A DNA stretch of 64,000 nucleotides, taken from contig CBDBPB010000006.1 in NCBI GenBank assembly GCA_965208615.1, positions 192,001 through 256,000 of the forward strand, in the 5' to 3' direction. This DNA comes from Spirochaetota bacterium (lineage in GTDB: Bacteria > Spirochaetota > UBA6919 > CBDBPB01). Below the pieces are notes generated by a model, which did not search any database, had not been told where the DNA came from, and saw only the letters and a program-made list of their open reading frames with translations. Both the position numbers and the translations under genes were made by a program. Below, one piece after another: positions 11,050-20,586 of this stretch (positions are counted from its first letter, which is position 1; each line of letters begins with the position of its first letter).

Positions 11050-11445
11050 ATGGTAGCTAACAAGTTAATAGATAAAATAGAAAATTATTTAATCTCCCTT
11101 AACTTAGCTTATGAAAAGATTAACGATAGTATGTGGGTTGTTCATGATGAGTTTGATAACATTGATAATATAGTTATCTCACTAGAAGAACCTCTTTTAA
11201 TATTCAGGGTTAGATTGATGAATATACCTTCTAACGACAAAGAATCTTTTTTTGAAAAGCTTTTAAGATTAAATACCTCAAGCCTTGTACATGGAGCCTA
11301 TGGCTTAGAAGATGATTATGTTGTAATTGTGGATACCCTACAATCTGAAAATCTTGATATTAATGAGTTTCAGGCATCTATCGACTCCATTGTTATGGCA
11401 ATTTCTAATGATTATAAAGAACTATCCCAGTTTTTAAACAATTAA
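11050..11445 (+). CDS. YbjN / CesT-type chaperone-fold protein
   Basis: 131-aa acidic protein with FFEKLLRLN...LVHGAYGLEDD...DTLQSENLDINEF; strong GAGGAGG RBS; 12 bp upstream of pspA. Confidence 0.75.
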   Translation: MVANKLIDKIENYLISLNLAYEKINDSMWVVHDEFDNIDNIVISLEEPLLIFRVRLMNIPSNDKESFFEKLLRLNTSSLVHGAYGLEDDYVVIVDTLQSENLDINEFQASIDSIVMAISNDYKELSQFLNN

Positions 11446-11457
11446 ACAGGAGGTAAT

Positions 11458-12180
11458 ATGGGTATTTTTGAGCGTATTGTAACAGTCGTCAAATCTAATA
11501 TAAATGATATGATTAGTAAGTCAGAAGATCCTAAAAAAATGCTTGAGCAAATAATCTTGGATATGAATGAAAAACTTATTCAGGCTAAACAAAAAGTTGC
11601 TCATTCAATAGCCGATGAGAAAAAGCTTAAAAAAGCTTATATTGAGGCTAATACAGAGGCCTCATCGTGGGAAAAAAGAGCTGTTTTAGCTGTGAATAAA
11701 GATAATGATGGCCTAGCTATGGAGGCTTTAAAAAAACAAGAGTCTGCTGAGAATACTGCTTTACAATATCAACAACAATGGAGAGCTCAAAAAGATGCTG
11801 TTGATAAGTTAAAAATGGCTCTTCAGGGGCTAAACGATAAAATTCAAGAGGCACGAAGAAAAAAGAACTTATTAATCGCTAGACAAAAAAGAGCAGAGGC
11901 TCAAAGTAAAATTAGTCAAACTATGGCAAGTTTATCTGATTCCTCCGCCTTTGATAGCTTTTCTAGAATGGAGGCTAAGGTTGATGAAATAGAGGCTAAG
12001 GCAGAAGCAGAAAATGAATTAAGTAAAACATTATCAGGCAGTTCTCTCGATGATAAGTTTAAGGCTTTAGAGTTTGAGTCTAATACTGAAAATAAATTAG
12101 CAAACTTAAAACTAGAAAATGATCCCGTTATTAATGACAAGCTTGCTTCATTAAAGACTAAAATGGGCAAGGATATTTAA
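11458..12180 (+). CDS. pspA: PspA/IM30 (Vipp1) family protein
   Basis: MGIFERIVTVVKSNIN amphipathic helix, EDPKKMLEQ, FDSFSRMEAKV, coiled coil; GGAGG RBS. Confidence 0.93.
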   Translation: MGIFERIVTVVKSNINDMISKSEDPKKMLEQIILDMNEKLIQAKQKVAHSIADEKKLKKAYIEANTEASSWEKRAVLAVNKDNDGLAMEALKKQESAENTALQYQQQWRAQKDAVDKLKMALQGLNDKIQEARRKKNLLIARQKRAEAQSKISQTMASLSDSSAFDSFSRMEAKVDEIEAKAEAENELSKTLSGSSLDDKFKALEFESNTENKLANLKLENDPVINDKLASLKTKMGKDI

Positions 12181-12199
12181 CTTTATTTAGGTTGTCCTC

Positions 12200-15100
12200 T
12201 TATATAACAGATAAACCTAAAAAATGAACTATATCTTTAGCACTAAGAGGACGATCTAACTTAAAAAACGGCATTGTAGATAGATCAAAGTTTTTTCCAC
12301 AATTTTTATCTTTAATACAATTAATTTGTTTATCTTTAATTTTAATATAGCGTATAAATGTAACGATAGGATTGTTAGATTGTTCATCTATTTCTTTTAT
12401 TCTAACGATATATTTTGGAACTCCTTTTATATATTCTATATTATTTGTAAGATTTTTAGTTTTAGAAGAATCAAGTTCTTTTATGTAGTATAACAAATAG
12501 TATTCTCCTTCTAATAGGGGTTTTTTAACTATTTGTTCTTTTTTATCCTGATCAAATTCCTCTGTAATAAAGAACTTTAAAGTTTTTTCAGGCAGAGTAT
12601 CATGTATAATAGGACTATAAACAGTAATAATATGTTGTTCTTTTTGGGCTAACAAAGAATAACGATAGCTATAGTAAGACCTATCTTCATTAGTCAACTG
12701 AGCTAAATAAGTTATATTAACCTTTTTTTCATTGTCCTCAGAAGATATTATATTACCAAGACCATATGGTAATAATTTATTATCCACGTTAATATAAATA
12801 TTAAATAGTTTTTTTGTTATACTGTATGGAGTGGCTTTATCAGTGTAATCTTCTTGCATATCCCTTTGCTTATTTATATCACCGTTAATTGTTAATTGAA
12901 TATCCTCTTTAGAAGCTAAATCTTTAATTTCAGAATCAGATAACTCTTTAAGATTGTTATCCAAAAGGTTATCCGCTGGTTCAGTAGTTTCACCAAGCTT
13001 TTTCATAGTTTTATCTTCATCTTGGATTTTAGGTATTTCATCTATTAAGTCTGGTTCTTCAGTTATACTTTTTGGTGGCTCAAAAGACATATCAGACTTA
13101 TTCAAAAATGACTCACCAGTACTATCCTCGTTTTTTCTATTATTTTCTATTTCTCTATCTTCTACAATAGATATATCTTCTATTTTATCTTCTTCAGAAG
13201 AGAAGTCTTTTTTTATATCTGTTAAATCAGGCAATTTAACATCAAAATGCCTATTAGAAAGATTATCAGGACTTATATCATCCAATTTTTTTTCTCCAGC
13301 TAAGTCTGACTCTTTATCCATAGGTTTTTCTATTTCATCTGGCTTAGTGAACTTAATTTTCTCTAATTCATGAGGTAGAGTTGAGGCAATAAGACTATCT
13401 ATGTCAACATCAGGAGTATCACTTTGTTCTACAACCTGACGATCTTCAAAAACTTCGCTTAATATATTCTGAGTTTTCTTATCCTCCTTATTTACTCTCA
13501 TATCATAATTATAACTATAATTTTTCTTTTCTTTATTTTCTATAGAAATACCGCCAGACACCTTATCAAGATAGTAATGCTCTATCACATCCTGAAAGCG
13601 TAGTGATGGATAGTATTCTCCAATATATAGATTTTCACTCTTTGGCTGGGACAAGTCTAACTCTTCCTTTTTACCATTAACAACTATTCCTAGCACTGGA
13701 CGATGAGCTAATTCATTATATCTAATAACCATGGCATCATACAATTTTTTATTGGTATTATTAAAATTGTATATAGGTACTATTTCATTTATTTTATAAA
13801 TATTAATTGACCTAATAAACTGGTCAACTAAGTACCCATCAAAGGATTTTTCTTGCATTAGTTGACTTTGAACATCAAACACCCCATTTTTATCAGGCTT
13901 ATTATTGCTATCTGAGGGATATACACTATTAAGAATTAAATATCTAACTAGGTTATCTCGTTGAAATGGAATATGAAAAGGTGTATGAAATAAATATTCT
14001 AAAAAAAAACTCAATTATACTTGATAGTCTAGTTAGCTCATTAATTGGTTGTTCATAAAAATTATTGGATACAGTTACAGTATTGCCAAACCTGTCTAAC
14101 ACCTGACTTTTTTTTTCTGACATTTTCCTTTTAGGATAACCATAATCATTCAACCACCTCTGGTGATGTTGTAAAATACCACGGCCTATTTCCTTAACAA
14201 ATCCACGATCTTTAAGAGAAGCAAAAAAGTTATAGCTAACATTACAATGTTTTTCATAGAGCAAGCGATTTTTAGAATTAAGCTCTAAAAAGCCATTACC
14301 ACTAAGCTTACCATCACCATCATAAAAGGGATTAGTTAGACGAATAATTAGTTTATCAATAGACTTATGTAAAAAACCATAAACTGCAAAAACAGAAGCT
14401 AATCCCCCTTCTTCTATGTCTTCTTCTGTATATAAATATCGTTTAGGTGGGTCAACACGACGATATTTATCCTGATTAGGAAAGTTTTCTTTAAGTCTAT
14501 AACTTTGTATTTTTGAAACTGTTGTCATAAACGCAAGACCCATGTTAATCATAATTCTTAAAAAATAATTTGTTCTTTCTTCATCATGGGTCTTATCCTG
14601 TTCTTTAATGCTTTCTCCATCCTTAATTTCTTTTAACTTATATATATTCCCTAAACAAGTATTATCAAATATATCCACTTTATCAGGAGTCTTGTTATAA
14701 AAGCCTAAAAGTAAGGTCTTTATGCTGTCTAATATACTACTGGATAAGCCAAATATTGATTGAGCCAAATATTTAGCACCTTCCATTTGCAATGCCTCTA
14801 TAGTTTGTTTAATAAGATCATTGCCTTCTATCATATTAATTGTGCTACCCGGCTTTTTAGCATTACTCTCGTCCAAGACTACCATAGTTTTAGAAAGGTT
14901 TTTTTCAAGCTCTCTTTTATAGTTATAAATGATATTGTTTTTTTTATCCTCTTCAGATATAGGCTCATCCCCAACCCATATAAGATGAAAACCTAATTCT
15001 AAAAGTCTTTTTGCCTCGCCTAATGTTAGATCCTTTCCTTTACGAAATATCCCACCTCTTAGAAAGCTACAGTCTTCTTCTAAGTAATACCTTTTTAAAT

Positions 15101-15239
15101 TAGTAAGCTTTTCTTTAATTTTTTTAAACTCCGGACTATTAGCTCCTAAATCCTTTTTGATTTTATGTGCTTGTGCCTTGAGCTCTTCTTTTTCTTTTAA
15201 ATTTTTAATTATATTTGTGGTAAGCATTCTTCGAATCAT
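12200..15239 (-). CDS. Large degenerate HD-GYP-domain protein (~1010 aa), split by a frameshift at 14001-14009
   Basis: Removing one base from the 9-nt run joins ORFs 13953-15239 and 12200-14014 into ...QHHQRWLNDYGYP...INELTRLSSIIEFFLEYLFHTPFH...FDGYLVDQFIRSINIY, which follows HD-GYP motif order. Confidence 0.7.
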
Positions 15240-15440
15240 TATGTTGTTCCTTAATAATAAAGGCAGTTATATTAATATAATTTAAAATAACCTTAATATT
15301 TAGTAAAAGTATAGTAATAACTCTTTTAATTTATACTAAATAATATTTAAAATTAATCAAAATGCTATATTAATAATAAACACCTAAAACACTTCTGGTG
15401 AATTATACTATATATTATTAATTTAAAAATTAATAATATA

Positions 15441-15467
15441 TACTCGGTATATTTAAAATTGGGGTTA
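15441..15467 (-). promoter_or_regulatory. Weak sigma28 (FliA)-like promoter for the HD-GYP-like gene
   Basis: Minus strand TAAC-N15-ACCGAGTA versus consensus TAAA-N15-GCCGATAA. Confidence 0.3.
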
Positions 15468-15588
15468 ACAACGATTTTTTATAAATTAGTTAAATGATAT
15501 ACACTAATTTTATATGTACAGCGGATGATTGTATAAAGTAAGTATTAAGCTCTTAGGCTTAAAGATATAAGTTAAAACAAGTATTTTT

Positions 15589-16035
15589 TTATATATTATC
15601 AATAACTTCTTTGGAGTGTTTGTCAACTTTTACTTTTCTAAATATTTTTTTAATTTTGCCATCTGGATCAATAATAAAGGTTGACCTCTCAACTCCCATA
15701 AACCTTTTACCATACATAGCTTTTTCTTTCCATACCCCATAAAGTTCTAGAACCTCTTTATCAGGATCGCTTAGCAGTAAAAATGGAAGATTATATTTAC
15801 TAATAAAGTTCTTATGGGATTTTATACTATCTTTACTTATTCCAATAATAACAGAGTTTTTGTATAGGTTAAAGTCATCTCTAAAATTGCATGCTTCTTT
15901 AGTACACCCGGGAGTATTATCACGAGGATAGAAAAATAATATAACTGTTTTTCCTTTAAACTGGTCTAAGCTAATTTTAGAGTCATCACTAGCAAATAAA
16001 GAAAAATTAGGAGCACTGTCTCCTTCTTTAAGCAT
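15589..16035 (-). CDS. bcp: Thioredoxin-dependent thiol peroxidase (BCP/PrxQ)
   Basis: FFYPRDNTPGCTKEACNFRD, ERSTFIID. Confidence 0.95.
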   Translation of the reverse strand: MLKEGDSAPNFSLFASDDSKISLDQFKGKTVILFFYPRDNTPGCTKEACNFRDDFNLYKNSVIIGISKDSIKSHKNFISKYNLPFLLLSDPDKEVLELYGVWKEKAMYGKRFMGVERSTFIIDPDGKIKKIFRKVKVDKHSKEVIDNI

Positions 16036-16070
16036 AAGGTTTTCCTAAAAATTAATTTTCTCTATTTATA

Positions 16071-16481
16071 TTAACCGGCTTTAACTGCCATATCACCAAT
16101 TTTGGTTTGTTCTAAAACTGTAGACATAGCTTTATATACCTTATCCCAAACATCATACATCTCACAAGACCCAATACGAGTACAAACTCCAGCATCAGGA
16201 ACACATTCATTGATACCAAGAGGTCCTTCAATAGCCTCTATAACGTCTTTAAAGCTAATTTCCTCTGGGGATATACAAAGTTTATACCCACCATTTGCAC
16301 CTTTATGAGCTTTTACAAGACCTCTAATGCTTAGGTCTTTTAAGATTTTTGCCATAAAGTCTCTACTAACCCCAGTAGCCTTTGATATTTCACTAATAAG
16401 GTGTATTTTAGAAAAGGTATGCTGAGATAGATAGATTACGGCTCTTAAAGCATAGTCAGCTTTTCTACTTATTTTCATCAT
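16071..16481 (-). CDS. Rrf2 family transcriptional regulator with three Cys (Fe-S type)
   Basis: KADYALRAV, KGANGGY, IEAIEG, C-x6-C-x5-C (NECVPDAGVCTRIGSC). Confidence 0.92.
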   Translation of the reverse strand: MMKISRKADYALRAVIYLSQHTFSKIHLISEISKATGVSRDFMAKILKDLSIRGLVKAHKGANGGYKLCISPEEISFKDVIEAIEGPLGINECVPDAGVCTRIGSCEMYDVWDKVYKAMSTVLEQTKIGDMAVKAG

Positions 16482-16529
16482 ATAGTTAACTAAACATTAT
16501 ATATTATACTAAAAAGCTTAACATACCAT

Positions 16530-16552
16530 CATCAGTTTATAGTAAAGTGATG
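16530..16552. promoter_or_regulatory. Imperfect 23-bp palindrome, candidate Rrf2 operator
   Basis: CATCAGTTTA-TAG-TAAAGTGATG (9 of 10 arm pairs), between the predicted promoter and the Rrf2 start codon. Confidence 0.45.
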
Positions 16553-16590
16553 TAAATTTTAAGTAAGCTAATATCCAAACCATTTTTATA

Positions 16591-16619
16591 AAGCTAACTT
16601 ATATTTTTCTTTTTGTCAA
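16591..16619 (-). promoter_or_regulatory. Sigma70-type promoter of rrf2-bcp
   Basis: TTGACA-N17-TAGCTT on the minus strand. Confidence 0.55.
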
Positions 16620-16647
16620 GTAAAAAAAATACCTTATAATTAATATT

Positions 16648-17358
16648 TTATTTTATAGTTAAGTTATCATTAGTATATTTTAATATTGACCTTATATGGT
16701 TTAAAAAACTGTTTTTATCTTTGTCTATATACTCATTAGAGAATATAGGCGGGTGAATAATGACTTTTAATGGTTTTAAATATACCCTATAACTATCCGG
16801 AGGATTAACTTTATTACTACCGCATATATTTACGGGTAATAGTGGTACTTTAGTTTGTTTGCTTAGATAATATATACCACTTTTAAATGGTAACAGGTTA
16901 TCAGAGTTACTCCACGTGCCTTCTGGAAAGATTATAATATTTTGATTATTTTTAAGTTTTTCTTTTGCAACCTCAATAGCCTTAGCTACCTTCATACTAC
17001 CCCTCTTAACTGGTATATAGCCTAATGTTTTTATAACCCAGCCAAATATTGGTATTCTAAATAGTGAATCTTTGGCCATCCAAGAAAATGGAACCTTTAA
17101 TATAGCACTAAATAAAAATATATCAAAGTTACTCTGGTGATTGGCAAATATAATTTGAGAACGATTTTTAAGAATATTATTTTCACCAATAACCTCAATC
17201 TTGTGGAAGATTAGTATTAGTTTACCCCATATTCTAACTATAAGCTGGTTAATATTATTCAATTTAAAAAGTAGATTAATTAATAAGATAGGAATAGCCA
17301 ATATTATGATGACAACAGTAATTATAATGGTCCAGGATAACAAAATGGGGCTAAGCAT
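16648..17358 (-). CDS. plsC: 1-acyl-sn-glycerol-3-phosphate acyltransferase
   Basis: NHQSNFD (HX4D) and FPEGT motifs; N-terminal hydrophobic segment. Confidence 0.88.
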   Translation of the reverse strand: MLSPILLSWTIIITVVIIILAIPILLINLLFKLNNINQLIVRIWGKLILIFHKIEVIGENNILKNRSQIIFANHQSNFDIFLFSAILKVPFSWMAKDSLFRIPIFGWVIKTLGYIPVKRGSMKVAKAIEVAKEKLKNNQNIIIFPEGTWSNSDNLLPFKSGIYYLSKQTKVPLLPVNICGSNKVNPPDSYRVYLKPLKVIIHPPIFSNEYIDKDKNSFLNHIRSILKYTNDNLTIK

Positions 17359-18058
17359 ATTTTCCTATAAGCGGTACAAACATACAATAGTTAATCAACT
17401 GTATATTAAAGTCATATTCGCTATTTATAGTAAGTCCTAGTTTAGTTAGTTGACTATTTTTAGATTTAGTATATTTAGCAGTTTTGGAGGTTTTTTGTAT
17501 TTGATAAAGTATTTGTGTTCTGTCTTTACCCACCGGCATTATTATTATTCCCCCAGTTTTTAGTTGCTCAACCAATGGAGCCGGTATTTTAGTACCTCCA
17601 GCCGTTACTATTATTCTATCAAATTGTGAATAGTCTATCCAACCCAATGATCCATCACCTATTTTCATAGTTATATTATTATATTCCAAAAAGTCATTAA
17701 GAATATAGTCAGCCTTTTTATAGAGTTCTGGTATAACTTCAATGGTATATACACTTTTAGCTATATTAGATAGTACAGCAGTTTGATAACCTGATCCAGT
17801 GCCAATTTCTAAAACACTCATTTCTTTTCCTAAATATAATTTCTCAGTCATAATGGCAACCATATACGGCTGAGAGATAGTTTGACCATAACCTATAGAA
17901 AGAGGATGATCTTCGTATGCCTTAAGTTTATCCCCTTGCCTAACAAAATAATGCCTTTCTACTGATAACATAGACTCAATAACCAAAGGATCAATAATAT
18001 CACGACTTATAATTTGATTTTTAACCATATTTTGTCGTTGAATAGTATAATCGGTCAT
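17351..18058 (-). CDS. pcm: Protein-L-isoaspartate O-methyltransferase
   Basis: GYGQTISQPYMVA, VLEIGTGSGYQTA, FDRIIVTA, FVPLIG. Confidence 0.95.
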   Translation of the reverse strand: MTDYTIQRQNMVKNQIISRDIIDPLVIESMLSVERHYFVRQGDKLKAYEDHPLSIGYGQTISQPYMVAIMTEKLYLGKEMSVLEIGTGSGYQTAVLSNIAKSVYTIEVIPELYKKADYILNDFLEYNNITMKIGDGSLGWIDYSQFDRIIVTAGGTKIPAPLVEQLKTGGIIIMPVGKDRTQILYQIQKTSKTAKYTKSKNSQLTKLGLTINSEYDFNIQLINYCMFVPLIGKYA

Positions 18059-18267
18059 AATAATTCTCTTATATGCTATATTAAAATTTACTTTATATTA
18101 AATAAAAGGTCAACATAGTACATTACTGTAATTTTAAAGTAAAAAGCTTAAAAAAATTATTTATATATAACTAAAGTTAAAAGTAATTTTTTTAGATTAT
18201 AAAAATTAAAAAAATATTCATTTTTAAAATAATGCTTATATTATTAAAAAATGCTAAAGGAGCTTTT

Positions 18268-18549
18268 ATGTTTTATAAAAATCCATTATTATTTATAACC
18301 CTTATTATACTATTGGCCACTATTCAGTGTAGCAAGAAAACCGTAAAACCAGAACCACCTTTAAAACCAAAAAAAGAACCTGTTAAAGTAGTACAGGTAA
18401 AAGAAAAAAGCGATGAAGAAGTTTATAGATATAATCAATCTATTAAAAATAAACACATTAACTTCGGAATTCCAATGAAAGATGAGGCCGGAGTAAAAAC
18501 ATGGGATAAAAATAACAACTTTTGGGAACCCTATGCAAAATACAAATAA
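18268..18549 (+). CDS. Small hypothetical lipoprotein
   Basis: AAAGGAG RBS before ATG 18268; signal MFYKNPLLFITLIILLATIQC; Pro/Lys-rich linker. Confidence 0.65.
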   Translation: MFYKNPLLFITLIILLATIQCSKKTVKPEPPLKPKKEPVKVVQVKEKSDEEVYRYNQSIKNKHINFGIPMKDEAGVKTWDKNNNFWEPYAKYK

Positions 18550-18570
18550 TAGCTTTACCTAAGCACTATT

Positions 18571-19107
18571 TTAAATAGCGGTATCCATTTCTATTATGCC
18601 TATAGGCAGGTAGTTTCGCCACTGGACAGGAATAGTGTGAAACTTATTATGAAAGGCAATATAACTATTTTCAGAAGGCTTAAAAGGTTTATTTAACAGC
18701 CTAAAATTAACTTGATCTAAGTTATAGCTTCCTTTTTTATTATTACAATAATTACATGCAGTTACAATGTTAGTCCATGTTTTTCTACCTCCTTTTGAGT
18801 AGGGGATTATATGGTCAAGGGTTAGTTGTGATTTATTAAATTTATTTCCACAATAAGCACAGGTATAATTATCCCTAAAAAAGATGTTTTCTTTTGAAAA
18901 ACGAAGTATTTTATATTTGTTTATATTGACATAATAATAAAGACGTATAACTGATGGTGCTTTTAACACTAGGTTTGGTGAGCGTATTAATAAATTATCA
19001 TACTCTTCTAATAGCTGAGCCTTTTCTTTATATATTAAAATAACAGCCTTTTTCCATGATACTATTTTTAAGGGCTCATAACTACTATTTAGCAATAAAA
19101 CCCGCAT
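18571..19107 (-). CDS. Stand-alone HNH endonuclease (McrA-like)
   Basis: VLLLNSSYEPL N-terminus; RDNYTCAYCG, LTLDHIIP..KGG...WTNIVTACNYCNNKKG. Confidence 0.92.
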   Translation of the reverse strand: MRVLLLNSSYEPLKIVSWKKAVILIYKEKAQLLEEYDNLLIRSPNLVLKAPSVIRLYYYVNINKYKILRFSKENIFFRDNYTCAYCGNKFNKSQLTLDHIIPYSKGGRKTWTNIVTACNYCNNKKGSYNLDQVNFRLLNKPFKPSENSYIAFHNKFHTIPVQWRNYLPIGIIEMDTAI

Positions 19108-19443
19108 AATATGATCTCCAAAAGCCCTATTTATTAAATTATAAGCAGGACAACCATAAAAACCATTATTAAACTACTAAAACAATAAATCAACGCCTTA
19201 GGTTATATGCCGTTAATAAAAATATATGAATTGTTAAAATATTAAATATAATATATTACTGTTTTATTTCAAAAAAAATTATTATTAGCCATTCTACTTT
19301 ATAGCATATAAAGATTATAGCCACTTATATATTATTTGTTAATCATTAGTATATAAATACTGGCTATACATATAAAGCAACTTATATTATAACTATTTAT
19401 ATTATAGCAAGTTAGTATAAAATCAAGTGAATATTAGCTGGTT

Positions 19444-19470
19444 TAATGTTAACCTTTAGTCTGCCGATAC
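19444..19470 (+). promoter_or_regulatory. Sigma28 (FliA)-like promoter
   Basis: TAAT-N15-GCCGATAC, ending 33 bp upstream of ATG 19504. Confidence 0.5.
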
Positions 19471-19503
19471 TTTTTCAAAAGTAATAATTAAGAAGAATAC
19501 ATT

Positions 19504-20577
19504 ATGAAAGAAATATTGAGATTTTTAGTCACTGCTGTTATTATATGCATACTTTTAACTCTAACCATATTTACAATTAAATATACCAGCCTAACAAAAC
19601 ATTTAATTTTTATAGATCAAAATTACATAAAAAATATAGACTTTTTGTTAAAGCTAATACAAATCATAATTATAAAGCACCATATATTAATATTCTTTAT
19701 TACCACCTTTTTAACACCGCTGTTTTTTATGAACTCTATTAGAGTAAAAGTTATGGTGACTTATGGAAAAGGAATGTTAATTAGTATAGTATTAGGACTA
19801 CTATTTATTATTATTTTAGTTTTGTTTAGCCAAAAAGATATTACTACATCCGAACCTAAACTATACTACTCAAAAGAAAAGATATATAAATCCCATAATA
19901 ACTTAAAAATAGGAGATAAAATACTTTTTTATTCAAAATATAAAGATAATAGATTTTCTAATATATTACTATCCCCTCCAATTGTTAGCAGTAATTTTGT
20001 ACTAACGTTTTCATTTAGTGGAAAGCTAAAAAATAATAAAATTATATTAAACGATCCCCTTCATATAGAAGAAAAAGGAATAACCCTTACTAAAAAGAAA
20101 GTTATACCCTATTTTCAAAACGAAAATAACGTTTTTACTAGTATCAAAAAAGAAGTAAATAATAAAATTAATTACATAAACAATATTATTAGCTATATCC
20201 CCTTATTAAAATATGAAGAATATTTAGTATCACAAATAAACAATTTTTATAAAAAGAATATTGGTATACAAACCCTATATAAAATTATTAGTTTTTTATT
20301 TGAGATTATTGGCATTATAATTATATTTTTCTCAGTAGGCTTAATTCTAAGCACTAAGAACATGCCCCTCCTTAACCTATTTACGTCTTTTATATTAGGT
20401 TTATTATTAGTCTATCTATTAACAATTAGCTATAGTTTAGCAGAACAAAGATTGGATATAGTAGTTAAATATATAAACATGCCAAACATACCTGGAATAT
20501 TAATATTATTAATTTCAGCTATACTCTTCTTATTTGCATACATGAAGTACGAGAGAATCATACTACAAACACAATAA
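19504..20577 (+). CDS. Membrane protein with 3 TM + soluble domain + 3 TM (LptF/LptG-like topology)
   Basis: Three N-terminal and three C-terminal hydrophobic segments flank a ~140-aa hydrophilic region. The family assignment is topological inference only. Confidence 0.5.
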   Translation: MKEILRFLVTAVIICILLTLTIFTIKYTSLTKHLIFIDQNYIKNIDFLLKLIQIIIIKHHILIFFITTFLTPLFFMNSIRVKVMVTYGKGMLISIVLGLLFIIILVLFSQKDITTSEPKLYYSKEKIYKSHNNLKIGDKILFYSKYKDNRFSNILLSPPIVSSNFVLTFSFSGKLKNNKIILNDPLHIEEKGITLTKKKVIPYFQNENNVFTSIKKEVNNKINYINNIISYIPLLKYEEYLVSQINNFYKKNIGIQTLYKIISFLFEIIGIIIIFFSVGLILSTKNMPLLNLFTSFILGLLLVYLLTISYSLAEQRLDIVVKYINMPNIPGILILLISAILFLFAYMKYERIILQTQ

Positions 20578-20586
20578 GGATTCTAT

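Noticed and set aside
15297-15342. Hairpin TATTTAGTA...TACTAAATA upstream of the HD-GYP-like gene
   Set aside because: Only a 9-bp, nearly all-AT stem with a long loop; expected by chance at this composition.
18571-19107. IscB/Cas9-like or restriction-modification system
   Set aside because: Only 178 aa, with no RuvC, PLMP or RRXRR motifs and no methyltransferase, CRISPR array or IS ends nearby.
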